From NCBI GenBank assembly GCA_002413045.1, contig DHWF01000051.1:9809-73676 (forward strand): 63,868 nucleotides of DNA, written 5' to 3'. How positions within the stretch are numbered: the first letter of the stretch is position 1; each line of letters starts with the position of its first letter. A program made the position numbers and the translations under genes. Under the pieces are notes generated by a model. That model had not been told where the DNA came from. It searched no databases and saw only the letters and a list, made by a program, of their open reading frames with translations. Below, piece by piece: positions 19,285 through 27,281 of this stretch. The DNA comes from Chloroflexi bacterium UBA5189. Lineage in GTDB: Bacteria > Chloroflexota > Limnocylindria > Limnocylindrales > CSP1-4.

Positions 19285-19366
19285 CTCCCGACCCTGAGCG
19301 GTGTAGGCGGACGCTGCTGAGCACGAACGCCGCGAGCGAGAACCCCCGAGTTATGGCGGTCTAACT
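19285..19366 (+). repeat. Conserved arm after tRNA half, copy 1, ending in dyad AGTTATGGCGGTCTAACT
   Basis: Shares TGAGCGGTG, CTGAGC, GCGAGCGAGAA, AGTTAT-N6-CTAAC at near-identical spacing with 20744-20825. Confidence 0.8.
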
Positions 19367-19390
19367 GGACGGCCCAGCTCGAATACCACG

Positions 19391-19516
19391 ATGCTGGCCT
19401 CGGCGGTTCGACACGCCAAAGAAGCGCTGCGCATCTCTGTCGAGAAGCAGAATCTGGCGCGAGCCGAGCAGGTACGCGAGCTCATGCGCCGGGTCGGAGC
19501 GGCGGTCGAGGCGTAG
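19391..19516 (+). pseudogene. Possible C-terminal remnant of a helical/TPR-like protein
   Basis: Frame reads LASAVRHAKEALRISVEKQNLARAEQVRELMRRVG; begins just after the dyad site; no RBS. Confidence 0.35.
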
Positions 19517-19710
19517 GGCGACTTGCTCGCCAATCGCTGAAGCGGCCCGTGTCCCGATGCACGGTATTGCTGGGCGAATAACAGTTCCGGCCACCTTCGC
19601 ACTCACCGATCACCTGTGGAATGCGGATCCGGGTGAGGTGTACGCTGACTCGCCCCGCACGCGCTGCGCCGCAGACTATGTGCGCCCTGACTCTCAGAGG
19701 GACGTCGCGC

Positions 19711-20535
19711 ATGCATCAACCTCGGACCGTCGTGGTCATGCTTGCAACGGCTGTGCTGACATCGGCCTGCGCCACGTCACCCTCGGTGACTGCCTCGCCT
19801 GGCACCACGCCCACCGTCATCCCGTCCGTGGCCGCCTCTGTGGCAGTGCCGACCATCCTCCCTACAGCTGCGTCCCAAGAAGGTGTCGTTGTGACCCAGA
19901 AGCTGGTATTCGCCTGGCAGGATTCGACGGGCGCTTCCAGCCCCACGTTCCAGGTGATCGTGGAGTTTCAGAATCAGGGAACCGGCTGGGTACAACAATC
20001 GCCCGGCATTGGGCCGAGGTTCTCGATTCTTGGTCCGTCCGGCGCGGTCACGATCAACAACGGCGTCTTCTCGCATGCCCTTCCGGAGCTTGTCGGCCCG
20101 GGCGACAAGGGCTACCTGCTCGAGGACGGAACCTGGCCAAACACGACGGTGGCGGCTTTCGCCACCGTCGACGTGACGCTCGGTCCGGGGAGTTTCAGCC
20201 GGGTGGCAGCACCACCAGATGCATCGTTCAAGATGAATGCCATCAAGTGGGCCACCAGTGGAAGCAATCCTGGCATCAACGCATCGGGGACGTGGATAGA
20301 TCTGGGGTCAGCTCCAGTGGGGGATATCGACATTGCGGTCCTTTGCATCGGCAAGGACGGGTCGATCCTCGGTGCGGCGATGGATACGTCCGCGATTGGG
20401 GGGTACATCGGGTACACGCTGAAGCAGCCAAGGCCCTTTGGAACGGACGTTGCGACCCCGCCGCTCAAGCCAAGCGACTGCGCCAAGTCGATCGGCCTTC
20501 TCGGTCAAAGCGCGACGGACAGCAGACTAAACTAA
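19711..20535 (+). CDS. Hypothetical lipoprotein, probably two beta-sandwich domains
   Basis: GAGGGA RBS; lipobox TSAC; S/T/P linker; two repeats with ..V...N/D.G.....; .I/C.G..G..(I/L) pattern. Confidence 0.8.
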   Translation: MHQPRTVVVMLATAVLTSACATSPSVTASPGTTPTVIPSVAASVAVPTILPTAASQEGVVVTQKLVFAWQDSTGASSPTFQVIVEFQNQGTGWVQQSPGIGPRFSILGPSGAVTINNGVFSHALPELVGPGDKGYLLEDGTWPNTTVAAFATVDVTLGPGSFSRVAAPPDASFKMNAIKWATSGSNPGINASGTWIDLGSAPVGDIDIAVLCIGKDGSILGAAMDTSAIGGYIGYTLKQPRPFGTDVATPPLKPSDCAKSIGLLGQSATDSRLN

Positions 20536-20662
20536 GCACGACGTCAAGCCTGCTCGACTCGCATCGTTGTCTGCATTTGGGCGACGCGGGGATCTGGTCG
20601 CCGCATACGCCTTCGTATGGCGGAGGCCCGGACAGTGAGGGAGTCCAAGCTTCGGCCTGCGA

Positions 20663-20743
20663 TAGAATGCGCCGGCGGCGTGACGGAACTCGCGTTGCAC
20701 TCGGGCGGCTAGCTCAGTTGGTTAGAGCACTTGCTTGACATGC
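20663..20743 (+). repeat. Copy 2 of tRNA-Val -10 box, leader and 5' half (tRNA part 20703-20743)
   Basis: TAGAAT, leader and 41 nt identical to tRNA-Val 5' half; same breakpoint as copy 1 (ATGC|CT versus native ATGC|AA). Confidence 0.93.
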
Positions 20744-20825
20744 CTTGGGCCCTTGAGCGGTGCACCTGACGCCCTCCTGAGCGTGGTCGCGGCGAGCGAG
20801 AAGGCCTCAGTTATCGTGCTCTAAC
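20744..20825 (+). repeat. Conserved arm after tRNA half, copy 2, ending in AGTTATCGTGCTCTAAC
   Basis: Same motif series as 19285-19366. Confidence 0.8.
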
Positions 20826-21150
20826 GCAGCGTCGGCAGATCGAATTCGGGCTCCTGATGGAGGTTCGACGCTTTGGGTCGGGTGGGTCGTTCGAAGCGCG
20901 GAACCGAACGGGATTGTCGGAGAAGATTCGGCGGCCGCTCGCGGGGCCAGTTGCGGGCTGGCTGCGATGCCGCCGGGCGGCGCGGGTCATGCTTGGCAGG
21001 TTTCGTTTGCGGCCTGGTTGCGGGATGGCTCCAGCCCGAACCCACGAACCGGTACCTGTTTCGCCTCAGAGCGTGACGACATTCAGGGCAGCCTTGTTGA
21101 TACGGGGAACGGCACGCAGGCAATGGGGCCGTTGCCCGGCCAGGAGAGCG

Positions 21151-24100
21151 TCAACCAGGCGCTCGACTCGCTGGTCGCGAAGACTCGGCAGTGACCTCGT
21201 CGACCTCGGAGAGGAAAAGACCCGCATCGCACTCGATGAGGATCTGGCGGGCGCGGTCCAAAGCATCGTGCGGGTCCTGGCGGGCGCGGGCCATCGCGCG
21301 GCCGAGGTCGACCATCGCGCGAGCGGCGTACATGCGCATCCCGAGGCGCTCGAGCTCGGTGATCGCGTCCGTCAGGAGGTCGATCGCACGGAGCGAGTCC
21401 GGCTCGAGGAGACCGGCGACGTTCTTCGCAAAGGCCGCGCTCTGGACCGAGTCGGTCGATCCGTCCAGGTCCCGATAGGTCGAGGCCCGTCCCTGGTCGC
21501 CCAGCAGGAGAAATGTACGCGCGGTCTCCGGGAAGACTGCCGGAGTCGCGTCCGTGCCCAAAATGCGAATGGCATCTGTCGCTTTCGCGAAGAGAACAGC
21601 GGCGGCCGCGAGGTCGCGCCGGCCTAGTGCGACATACCCGTCGAAGAATGGAAGGAACGCAGATACCTGCGGCTCGGGATTAGCTGCGAGAATGGGCGCG
21701 GCCTGCTCCCGAAGGGCGACAGCCTCCTCGATGCGGCCACGCATGACGATCACCTTGGCCAGAGTGATCAGCCGCTGGCCCATCAATGGCTCGTCGCCGA
21801 CGCGTTGCGCCAATTGCACGGCCAGCCGCTGGTGCTCCTCGGCCTCCGCGAGCCGCCCCAGGAGCTGCTCCATGTCGCCGAGGGTTCCGGCGATCCAGCC
21901 GCCGAGGGCGATGGTCCCAGACCGCAGCGCGAGCTCCAGGCCCTCGCGCAGCACCTCGGCGGTCGCCAATGGTCCCAGCGACGCCTCGCGGGCGCTGGCG
22001 ATGTTGTTGTAGGCGCGCAGGAGGTTCTGGTTGTCACCCGCCTCCTTCGCCAGGCGGAAGGCCTCCTCCATCAGCTGGTGGCCGTCGCTGGATTTGCCGA
22101 GCGTGTACAGGCTTACGGCGAGCGTCTGGGTCGCCTCGGCTCGAACGAGGACGTTGTCGAGCCGGCCGGCCATGTCGATCGCCCGGCGCAGCAGTGGCTC
22201 TGCCTCGTGCCCACGCCCGCGCCGCCACAGGAACCAGCCAAGCCGATGCAGCGCGTCGGCGAGCTCGACGCTCTCGCCGGTCGGTTCGAGGATCTGGATG
22301 GCAGCGCGGCCGGCGGCCTCTGCATCCTCGTGGCGTGATTGCTGCATCAGCGGGATGACGAGACGGCCTGTCGCCCATCCTCTGCCGCGGTCGTCACCCA
22401 GGGCACTGAACGTCTCGATCGCGCGGCGGGCGACTCGTTCTGTTTCCGTGACCGCGTCGCGGCCCCACGATGCCGCAGTGTGCCCTCGGAACAGCCTGCT
22501 CTGCTCTTCGAGCGGGACCTCGACCCTGCCCGCCAGGCGCTCCGCCTCTCGGTACCAGCGCGTGCTCTCGGCGCCGAGACCGAGCGCAGTCGTGCGGCGT
22601 GCCGCCGCCCAGGCATGATCGAATGCCGCCCGCTCGATCTGCGGTCGCCGTTCGCCGAGCTCGTCGAGGTACCGAATGGCTTCGATCTCGTGGGTCGCGA
22701 GGAGCTCCGCGATCTCCTCGGCGCGGTCGCCGGCGCGATCGGCGGCCCATTTCGCAGTGCCGAGGTGCTTGTCGGCGCGCAGCGACTTCGGCAGCGAGTC
22801 GTACGCCCCGTCGCGGATCAACCCATGCCGAAAGGCAAACTCCTGCTCGTCCCGGAAGGAGGATGGGTCGTGCTGAACGACGAGCTCCTTCACCCGAAGG
22901 CGCCCGAGGGCGTCGCGTACCTCGGCAATCGGCCGTCCGGTCAGCTCCACGAGCGCACCAACCCAGAAGACGCGGCCCACGACAGCCGCGTCCTGGAGCA
23001 CGGCCTTCTCGTCCCCTGGAAGCCCATCGAGGCGCGCGGCGATCAGCCCCTGAACGGATCGCGGGAGGTCGATCTCGCCGACGGTGCGCGCCACCTCCCA
23101 GCGGGAGGCTTCGGTTGCCCTGAGCACGCCGTCGTCAATGAGCTTGCGGACGATCTCCTCGACAAACAGCGGGTTGCCCTCGCTGCGCTCGACGATGATC
23201 CGCTTCAGGTCCGGCTCGATCGGCCCCGGCAACAGATCGTCGAGCATCGCCGCGCCCTCGACAGGGGACAGCGGATCGAGATAGATCGAGGTCGCATTGC
23301 GCTTCCCGCCGCCCCACGTCGGCCGCCGCTCGAACAGCTCCGCGCGGGCCGTCGCCACGACGGTGATCGGACCTTGCGCCCAGTCCGCCACGTGCTCGAT
23401 GAAGTCGAGCAGCCCGTCATCGGCCCAGTGGATGTCGTCGAGGACCAGGACGAGCGGGTAGCGAGCGGCGAGGCGTTCCAGGAATCGGCGCCAGGCCTCG
23501 AACAGCTCCTCCCGGCTCATGTCGCGCGTCTCGCCCGCGCCGACGAGGGCGCGGAGCTGGGGCGCCAGGCTGTCGTCGCCGAAAAGGTCCCGGACGGCGG
23601 CCTCGGCCTTGCCAGCTGCCACCTCGGCCGGGTCGTCCTCGAAGATCTCGCACTGCGCCTTGATGGCGTCGGCCAAGGCGGAGTACGCCGTGTTTGCGTA
23701 GGCGAGGCATCTGCCTCGGCGCCAGTAGGCGATCTCCGGCAGTCCTTCCACATGGCGCTCGAGTTCGGAGGTGAGGCGAGACTTGCCCACGCCGGCTGGG
23801 CCGATCATCGTCACGAGGGCCGGCCGGCTGTCGGTCTGGACGCGCTGGAAGGTCTGCTTCAGGACGGCCAGCTCCTCGTCGCGGCCGACCAGGCGCGCCT
23901 CCATGCCCAGGCTGGGCCGCTCGCCCCGGACCCGCGCCTTGATGCGCAGGGCGCGCCAGGCCGGCACGAGCTCGGCCTTGCCCTTGAGATGGAGTGGCTC
24001 GAGGGCGCGGTACTCGATGGCGTCCTTGGTGCTCGCATAGACGGCGGGCCCAACGACGATCTGGCCCGGTTCGGCTGCCGACTGCAGGCGCGCGGCGGTG

Positions 24101-24597
24101 TTGACGGCGTCGCCCGTCAACATCCGGTCCCGCGGGCCGGATGCGCGTTCGAGGTCGACCAGGACCTCACCAGCTTCCACCCCGATCCGCATGCCGAGCG
24201 TCGGCTTGCCCTCGGCGGCGAAGCCGCGGTTGAGCTCGGAGAGGATGGCCTGCATCTCGAGTGCGGCGCGCACTGCCCGTTCTGCGTCGTCCTCGTGGGC
24301 CCGCGGGACCCCGAAGACGGCAAGGACCGCGTCGCCCATGAACTTCTCGAGGAGGCCCTCGTAGCGCCCGATCTCCAGCGCGAGCCGGTCGAACGTGCGG
24401 CCGACGACCGACTGGACGACCTCGGGATCCTCGCGCTCCGCGAGCGCCGTCGAGCCGACGAGGTCGGCAAACAGCGCCGTGGCGAACTTGCGCTCCTTGC
24501 GCGCAGCTACGGGCGCCGCCGTGAGCGCCGTACCGCACGTATTGCAGAAGCGCGCATCTGCGGCGTTCTCACGACCGCAGGACGGGCACATGAGCAT
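21151..24597 (-). CDS. Zinc ribbon + class III adenylate/guanylate cyclase + P-loop (STAND-type) ATPase + TPR protein
   Basis: CPSC..FCNTCG; FADLVGST, KFMGDAV, GDAVNTAARL; LVGRDEEL, GPAGVGKS, LDDIHWAD, GNPLFVEE; helical repeat C-terminus. Confidence 0.92.
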   Translation of the reverse strand: MLMCPSCGRENAADARFCNTCGTALTAAPVAARKERKFATALFADLVGSTALAEREDPEVVQSVVGRTFDRLALEIGRYEGLLEKFMGDAVLAVFGVPRAHEDDAERAVRAALEMQAILSELNRGFAAEGKPTLGMRIGVEAGEVLVDLERASGPRDRMLTGDAVNTAARLQSAAEPGQIVVGPAVYASTKDAIEYRALEPLHLKGKAELVPAWRALRIKARVRGERPSLGMEARLVGRDEELAVLKQTFQRVQTDSRPALVTMIGPAGVGKSRLTSELERHVEGLPEIAYWRRGRCLAYANTAYSALADAIKAQCEIFEDDPAEVAAGKAEAAVRDLFGDDSLAPQLRALVGAGETRDMSREELFEAWRRFLERLAARYPLVLVLDDIHWADDGLLDFIEHVADWAQGPITVVATARAELFERRPTWGGGKRNATSIYLDPLSPVEGAAMLDDLLPGPIEPDLKRIIVERSEGNPLFVEEIVRKLIDDGVLRATEASRWEVARTVGEIDLPRSVQGLIAARLDGLPGDEKAVLQDAAVVGRVFWVGALVELTGRPIAEVRDALGRLRVKELVVQHDPSSFRDEQEFAFRHGLIRDGAYDSLPKSLRADKHLGTAKWAADRAGDRAEEIAELLATHEIEAIRYLDELGERRPQIERAAFDHAWAAARRTTALGLGAESTRWYREAERLAGRVEVPLEEQSRLFRGHTAASWGRDAVTETERVARRAIETFSALGDDRGRGWATGRLVIPLMQQSRHEDAEAAGRAAIQILEPTGESVELADALHRLGWFLWRRGRGHEAEPLLRRAIDMAGRLDNVLVRAEATQTLAVSLYTLGKSSDGHQLMEEAFRLAKEAGDNQNLLRAYNNIASAREASLGPLATAEVLREGLELALRSGTIALGGWIAGTLGDMEQLLGRLAEAEEHQRLAVQLAQRVGDEPLMGQRLITLAKVIVMRGRIEEAVALREQAAPILAANPEPQVSAFLPFFDGYVALGRRDLAAAAVLFAKATDAIRILGTDATPAVFPETARTFLLLGDQGRASTYRDLDGSTDSVQSAAFAKNVAGLLEPDSLRAIDLLTDAITELERLGMRMYAARAMVDLGRAMARARQDPHDALDRARQILIECDAGLFLSEVDEVTAESSRPASRAPG

Positions 24598-24719
24598 CTG
24601 CGAACCCTACGACACGCACATCCCGCTCGGAGATCGGCGTCATGGGCTAGATGACGGCGGCACCTGCGGCGTCCGCCCGCTCACTGTTCGCGCCGGAGGA
24701 AGCCGTCCACCACCCTTGC

Positions 24720-24759
24720 TAGAATGCGCCGGCGGCGCGACGGAACTCGCGTCGCACTC
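24720..24759 (+). promoter_or_regulatory. tRNA promoter -10 (TGCTAGAAT), GC-rich discriminator and leader hairpin
   Basis: Extended -10-like TG-C-TAGAAT then GCGCCGG; leader hairpin GCGACG-GAACTCG-CGTCGC. Confidence 0.7.
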
Positions 24760-24836
24760 GGGCGGCTAGCTCAGTTGGTTAGAGCACTTGCTTGACATGC
24801 AAGAGGTCACTGGTTCGAGCCCAGTGTCGCCCACCA
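24760..24836 (+). tRNA. tRNA-Val (GAC)
   Basis: Full cloverleaf: GGGCGGC/GTCGCCC acceptor, GCTC/GAGC D-stem, CTTGC-TTGACAT-GCAAG anticodon arm, ACTGG-TTCGAGC-CCAGT T arm, ACCA end. Confidence 0.98.
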
Positions 24837-24988
24837 TCCTTCGCCCAGTGATCCGCACCATCGGTGCGTTGGCGACCGTGCAAGCGAGCACACGCGGCCG
24901 TACGATCGCATTGGCGGCGCAACCAGGGCAGGCATCGGTCCCCGAAACTCCGGCGGCCCTGACCGTCGATGTTGTGGAGGTGTCTGCT

Positions 24989-25390
24989 ATGTCCCGGGCG
25001 TCCCTGCCGCGTCGGCTCTTGGCGGCAATCCTCGGCGTGTCTCTCCTCGTGGTGCTCGCGCCGAGCGTGCTTGCGAGGGGCTCATCGTTGACCGTCACGG
25101 CCTGCCTTTCCGACCCCGGCACGATCCAGATCACGATGACGTGGAGCGGCATCACCGCCGATGGCGACGGCTTCGGCGCCGGCAACCACGGGCCGAACGG
25201 CGGGGGCCTCGGCTTCTTCCAGCCGTTGCCAGCGACGGAGAGCAGCGGCACCGACTCGACCACCTTCCCGGTCGATACGTCGAATCCGTACGACACCGCA
25301 GGCGGCACGCTCTACCTCGGTGGCTTCGACAAGGCGAACGTCGTGGGCAGCAAGACGATCCACCGCGGGAGTGGCTGGGCGCCCTGCTGA
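24989..25390 (+). CDS. Hypothetical secreted protein
   Basis: GGAGGT RBS; signal peptide ending VLA; Cys near both ends of mature domain. Confidence 0.75.
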   Translation: MSRASLPRRLLAAILGVSLLVVLAPSVLARGSSLTVTACLSDPGTIQITMTWSGITADGDGFGAGNHGPNGGGLGFFQPLPATESSGTDSTTFPVDTSNPYDTAGGTLYLGGFDKANVVGSKTIHRGSGWAPC

Positions 25391-25417
25391 CCGGGCGTTA
25401 GAACCGCAACGAATCAC

Positions 25418-25441
25418 GGCCCCGGTCTCGCGACCGGGGCC
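25418..25441 (+). terminator. Stem-loop (possible terminator)
   Basis: GGCCCCGGTC-TCGC-GACCGGGGCC perfect 10-bp stem; weak U tail. Confidence 0.55.
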
Positions 25442-25489
25442 GGTTCACATCAGTCGAAGGATTCTCATACCGACCGGCGAATACCTCGC

Positions 25490-26005
25490 ATGCGGACCGC
25501 TTCGCAGCGCCTCGGCGTCCTGGTGTGCGCGGGCCTGGTTGCCCTGCTCGCCGGCTGCGGCGCGGCGACTACCCCCGGAGCTAGTCCACCAACGGTTGTG
25601 AGCCCGTCGATCGTCGCGACAGTCACAATCACGCCGCCGCCCTCGATCCACGCACCGACCGCCACCTCCAGTCCGACCGCCGGGACGCCGAGCGGGTGCC
25701 GCGTCACCACGGAGACGCATGTCGCCACGGCGGCGACGATCCACGTGACTCAGGACAAGCTCGGATTCTTCGACTACACCGGCCCGGTCACGATCAAGTC
25801 CGGACAGTCGGTTACGTTCGTCAACGGCATGGCCGCTTACCACACCATCACGCAGGGATTCTTCGGGGCGAAGGATGACGGAGCCTGCGCGGACGAGCTC
25901 CTGCGAACCGGTGCCAGCGTCTCGATCACGTTCACGAAGCCCGGCACGTACCAGTTCACCTGCCAACCACATCCGTCGATGCAGACGACCGTCGTCGTCA
26001 AGTAG
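25490..26005 (+). CDS. Cupredoxin (plastocyanin/azurin-like) lipoprotein
   Basis: Lipobox LAGC; type-1 Cu ligands YHTI...CQPHPSM; FTKPGTY. Confidence 0.88.
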   Translation: MRTASQRLGVLVCAGLVALLAGCGAATTPGASPPTVVSPSIVATVTITPPPSIHAPTATSSPTAGTPSGCRVTTETHVATAATIHVTQDKLGFFDYTGPVTIKSGQSVTFVNGMAAYHTITQGFFGAKDDGACADELLRTGASVSITFTKPGTYQFTCQPHPSMQTTVVVK

Positions 26006-27227
26006 GGGCCGGCTCGGACCCCGACATCGTGATGCGCCGCACGGACGGCACCAGGACGACTCCGACGCAGACGATGAAGTTGAGGACGGCCGCGACGTAC
26101 AGGGTCTGCTGCGCCCCGAGGGCAGCGGCGATCGGGCCGATCAAGGCGTAGCCGATCGGGTTCAGCGCGAGCGAGCCGAACCAGTCGTACGAGCTGATGC
26201 GCGAGAGGGCGTGCTCCGGCAGGTTGCGCTGGAACGCCGTGAGATAGAGCGTGTTCCCGATCGCAAATCCCGCGCCGACGAGCGCGCTCATCGCCGCGAG
26301 GGCGAGCAGCGGCAGCGGCACCGCCAAACCGGCGAGGAGCAGCCCGGCGGGCGTCACGACCAGCTCGCACCAGACGAGTGGCTGGCCCACCCGGATGCGG
26401 AGCGCGACCAACCCGCCGAGGACGGCGCCGACCGACTGGACCGCGAGGATCGTGCCCCACGCGCCGGCGCCCCCGAGCTGGTCCTTCGCGACGATCGGCC
26501 CGAGGACGTTCAGGGCCGGGAAGTACGTCAGCTGGAACAGGCCGAAGGCCGCGATGATCGCGACGGCCCAGGGCCGGCTCGTCAGCTCGTGGAACCCGTC
26601 GCGCAAGTCGGTGAGGATCGAGGCGGTGACGGTCCGGACGACACGCGTCAACTGGAGCGACGCGATGAGGGCCGCGGAGATGAAGAACGTCGCGGCATCG
26701 ATGGCGATCGCCAACGCGGGACTGCCGGCCGCGACGATGATCGCGCCGATCGCCGGCCCCGCGATCGAGAAGACGTTGGTCGACAGGTGCAGCAGCGCGT
26801 TGCCCTGCTGGAGCCGCTCGTCGCTGACGACCTCCTTGACGAGCCCGATCGTCGCCGGCCGCGAGAGCGCATTGGCGACCCCGAACGCGATCTGGAGCAG
26901 GGCCACGTTCCACACGTTCGCTGCGCCGGTGAACAGAAGCGCGGCGGTGGCGACCTGCGCGACACCCTTGACGAGGTCACTGGTCGCGAGGAGCCGCCGC
27001 CGTGGGACCCGGTCGGCGAGCACGCCCCCGAGCAGGACGAAGACGACGATCGGGACTTCCCGCGCGAGGAGCACGATCCCGAGGTCGATCGCACCGCCGA
27101 ACTGGAGGACCGCGAATGCCAGCGCGACCATCGCCATGCCGGAGCCGAGGTCGGAGATGCTCTCGGCAGCGAGGTAGCGCGCGAAGTTCCGCTCGCGGAG
27201 CGCTTCGAATGAGCTCGGCAGGCGCAT
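25998..27227 (-). CDS. MFS transporter
   Basis: GGVLADRVPRRR motif A; about 12 TMs. Confidence 0.92.
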   Translation of the reverse strand: MRLPSSFEALRERNFARYLAAESISDLGSGMAMVALAFAVLQFGGAIDLGIVLLAREVPIVVFVLLGGVLADRVPRRRLLATSDLVKGVAQVATAALLFTGAANVWNVALLQIAFGVANALSRPATIGLVKEVVSDERLQQGNALLHLSTNVFSIAGPAIGAIIVAAGSPALAIAIDAATFFISAALIASLQLTRVVRTVTASILTDLRDGFHELTSRPWAVAIIAAFGLFQLTYFPALNVLGPIVAKDQLGGAGAWGTILAVQSVGAVLGGLVALRIRVGQPLVWCELVVTPAGLLLAGLAVPLPLLALAAMSALVGAGFAIGNTLYLTAFQRNLPEHALSRISSYDWFGSLALNPIGYALIGPIAAALGAQQTLYVAAVLNFIVCVGVVLVPSVRRITMSGSEPAPT

Positions 27228-27281
27228 GAGATCGGAGTCTACGGACGCCTCGCAGCCGATGGCGGCGCGTATCGTTCACCG

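Noticed and set aside
19276-19310. TTGACA in the anticodon loop as a -35 element for a hybrid promoter
   Set aside because: No -10-like hexamer at 16-18 bp in either fragment.
19053-19803. Duplicated lipoprotein 5' end as a DGR template/variable repeat pair
   Set aside because: Differences are not adenine-specific and no reverse transcriptase is present.
19399-20880. GGTTCGAC T-loop-like motifs downstream of both tRNA halves, suggesting split or intron-containing tRNAs
   Set aside because: Flanking T-stems pair poorly, no acceptor 3' strand or CCA follows, and in copy 1 the motif lies in an apparent coding remnant.
19349-25410. Classical integron attC sites
   Set aside because: GTT and AAC motifs are in GTT...AAC order only 10 bp apart. 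No RYYYAAC...GTTRRRY long hairpins follow the genes and there is no intI.
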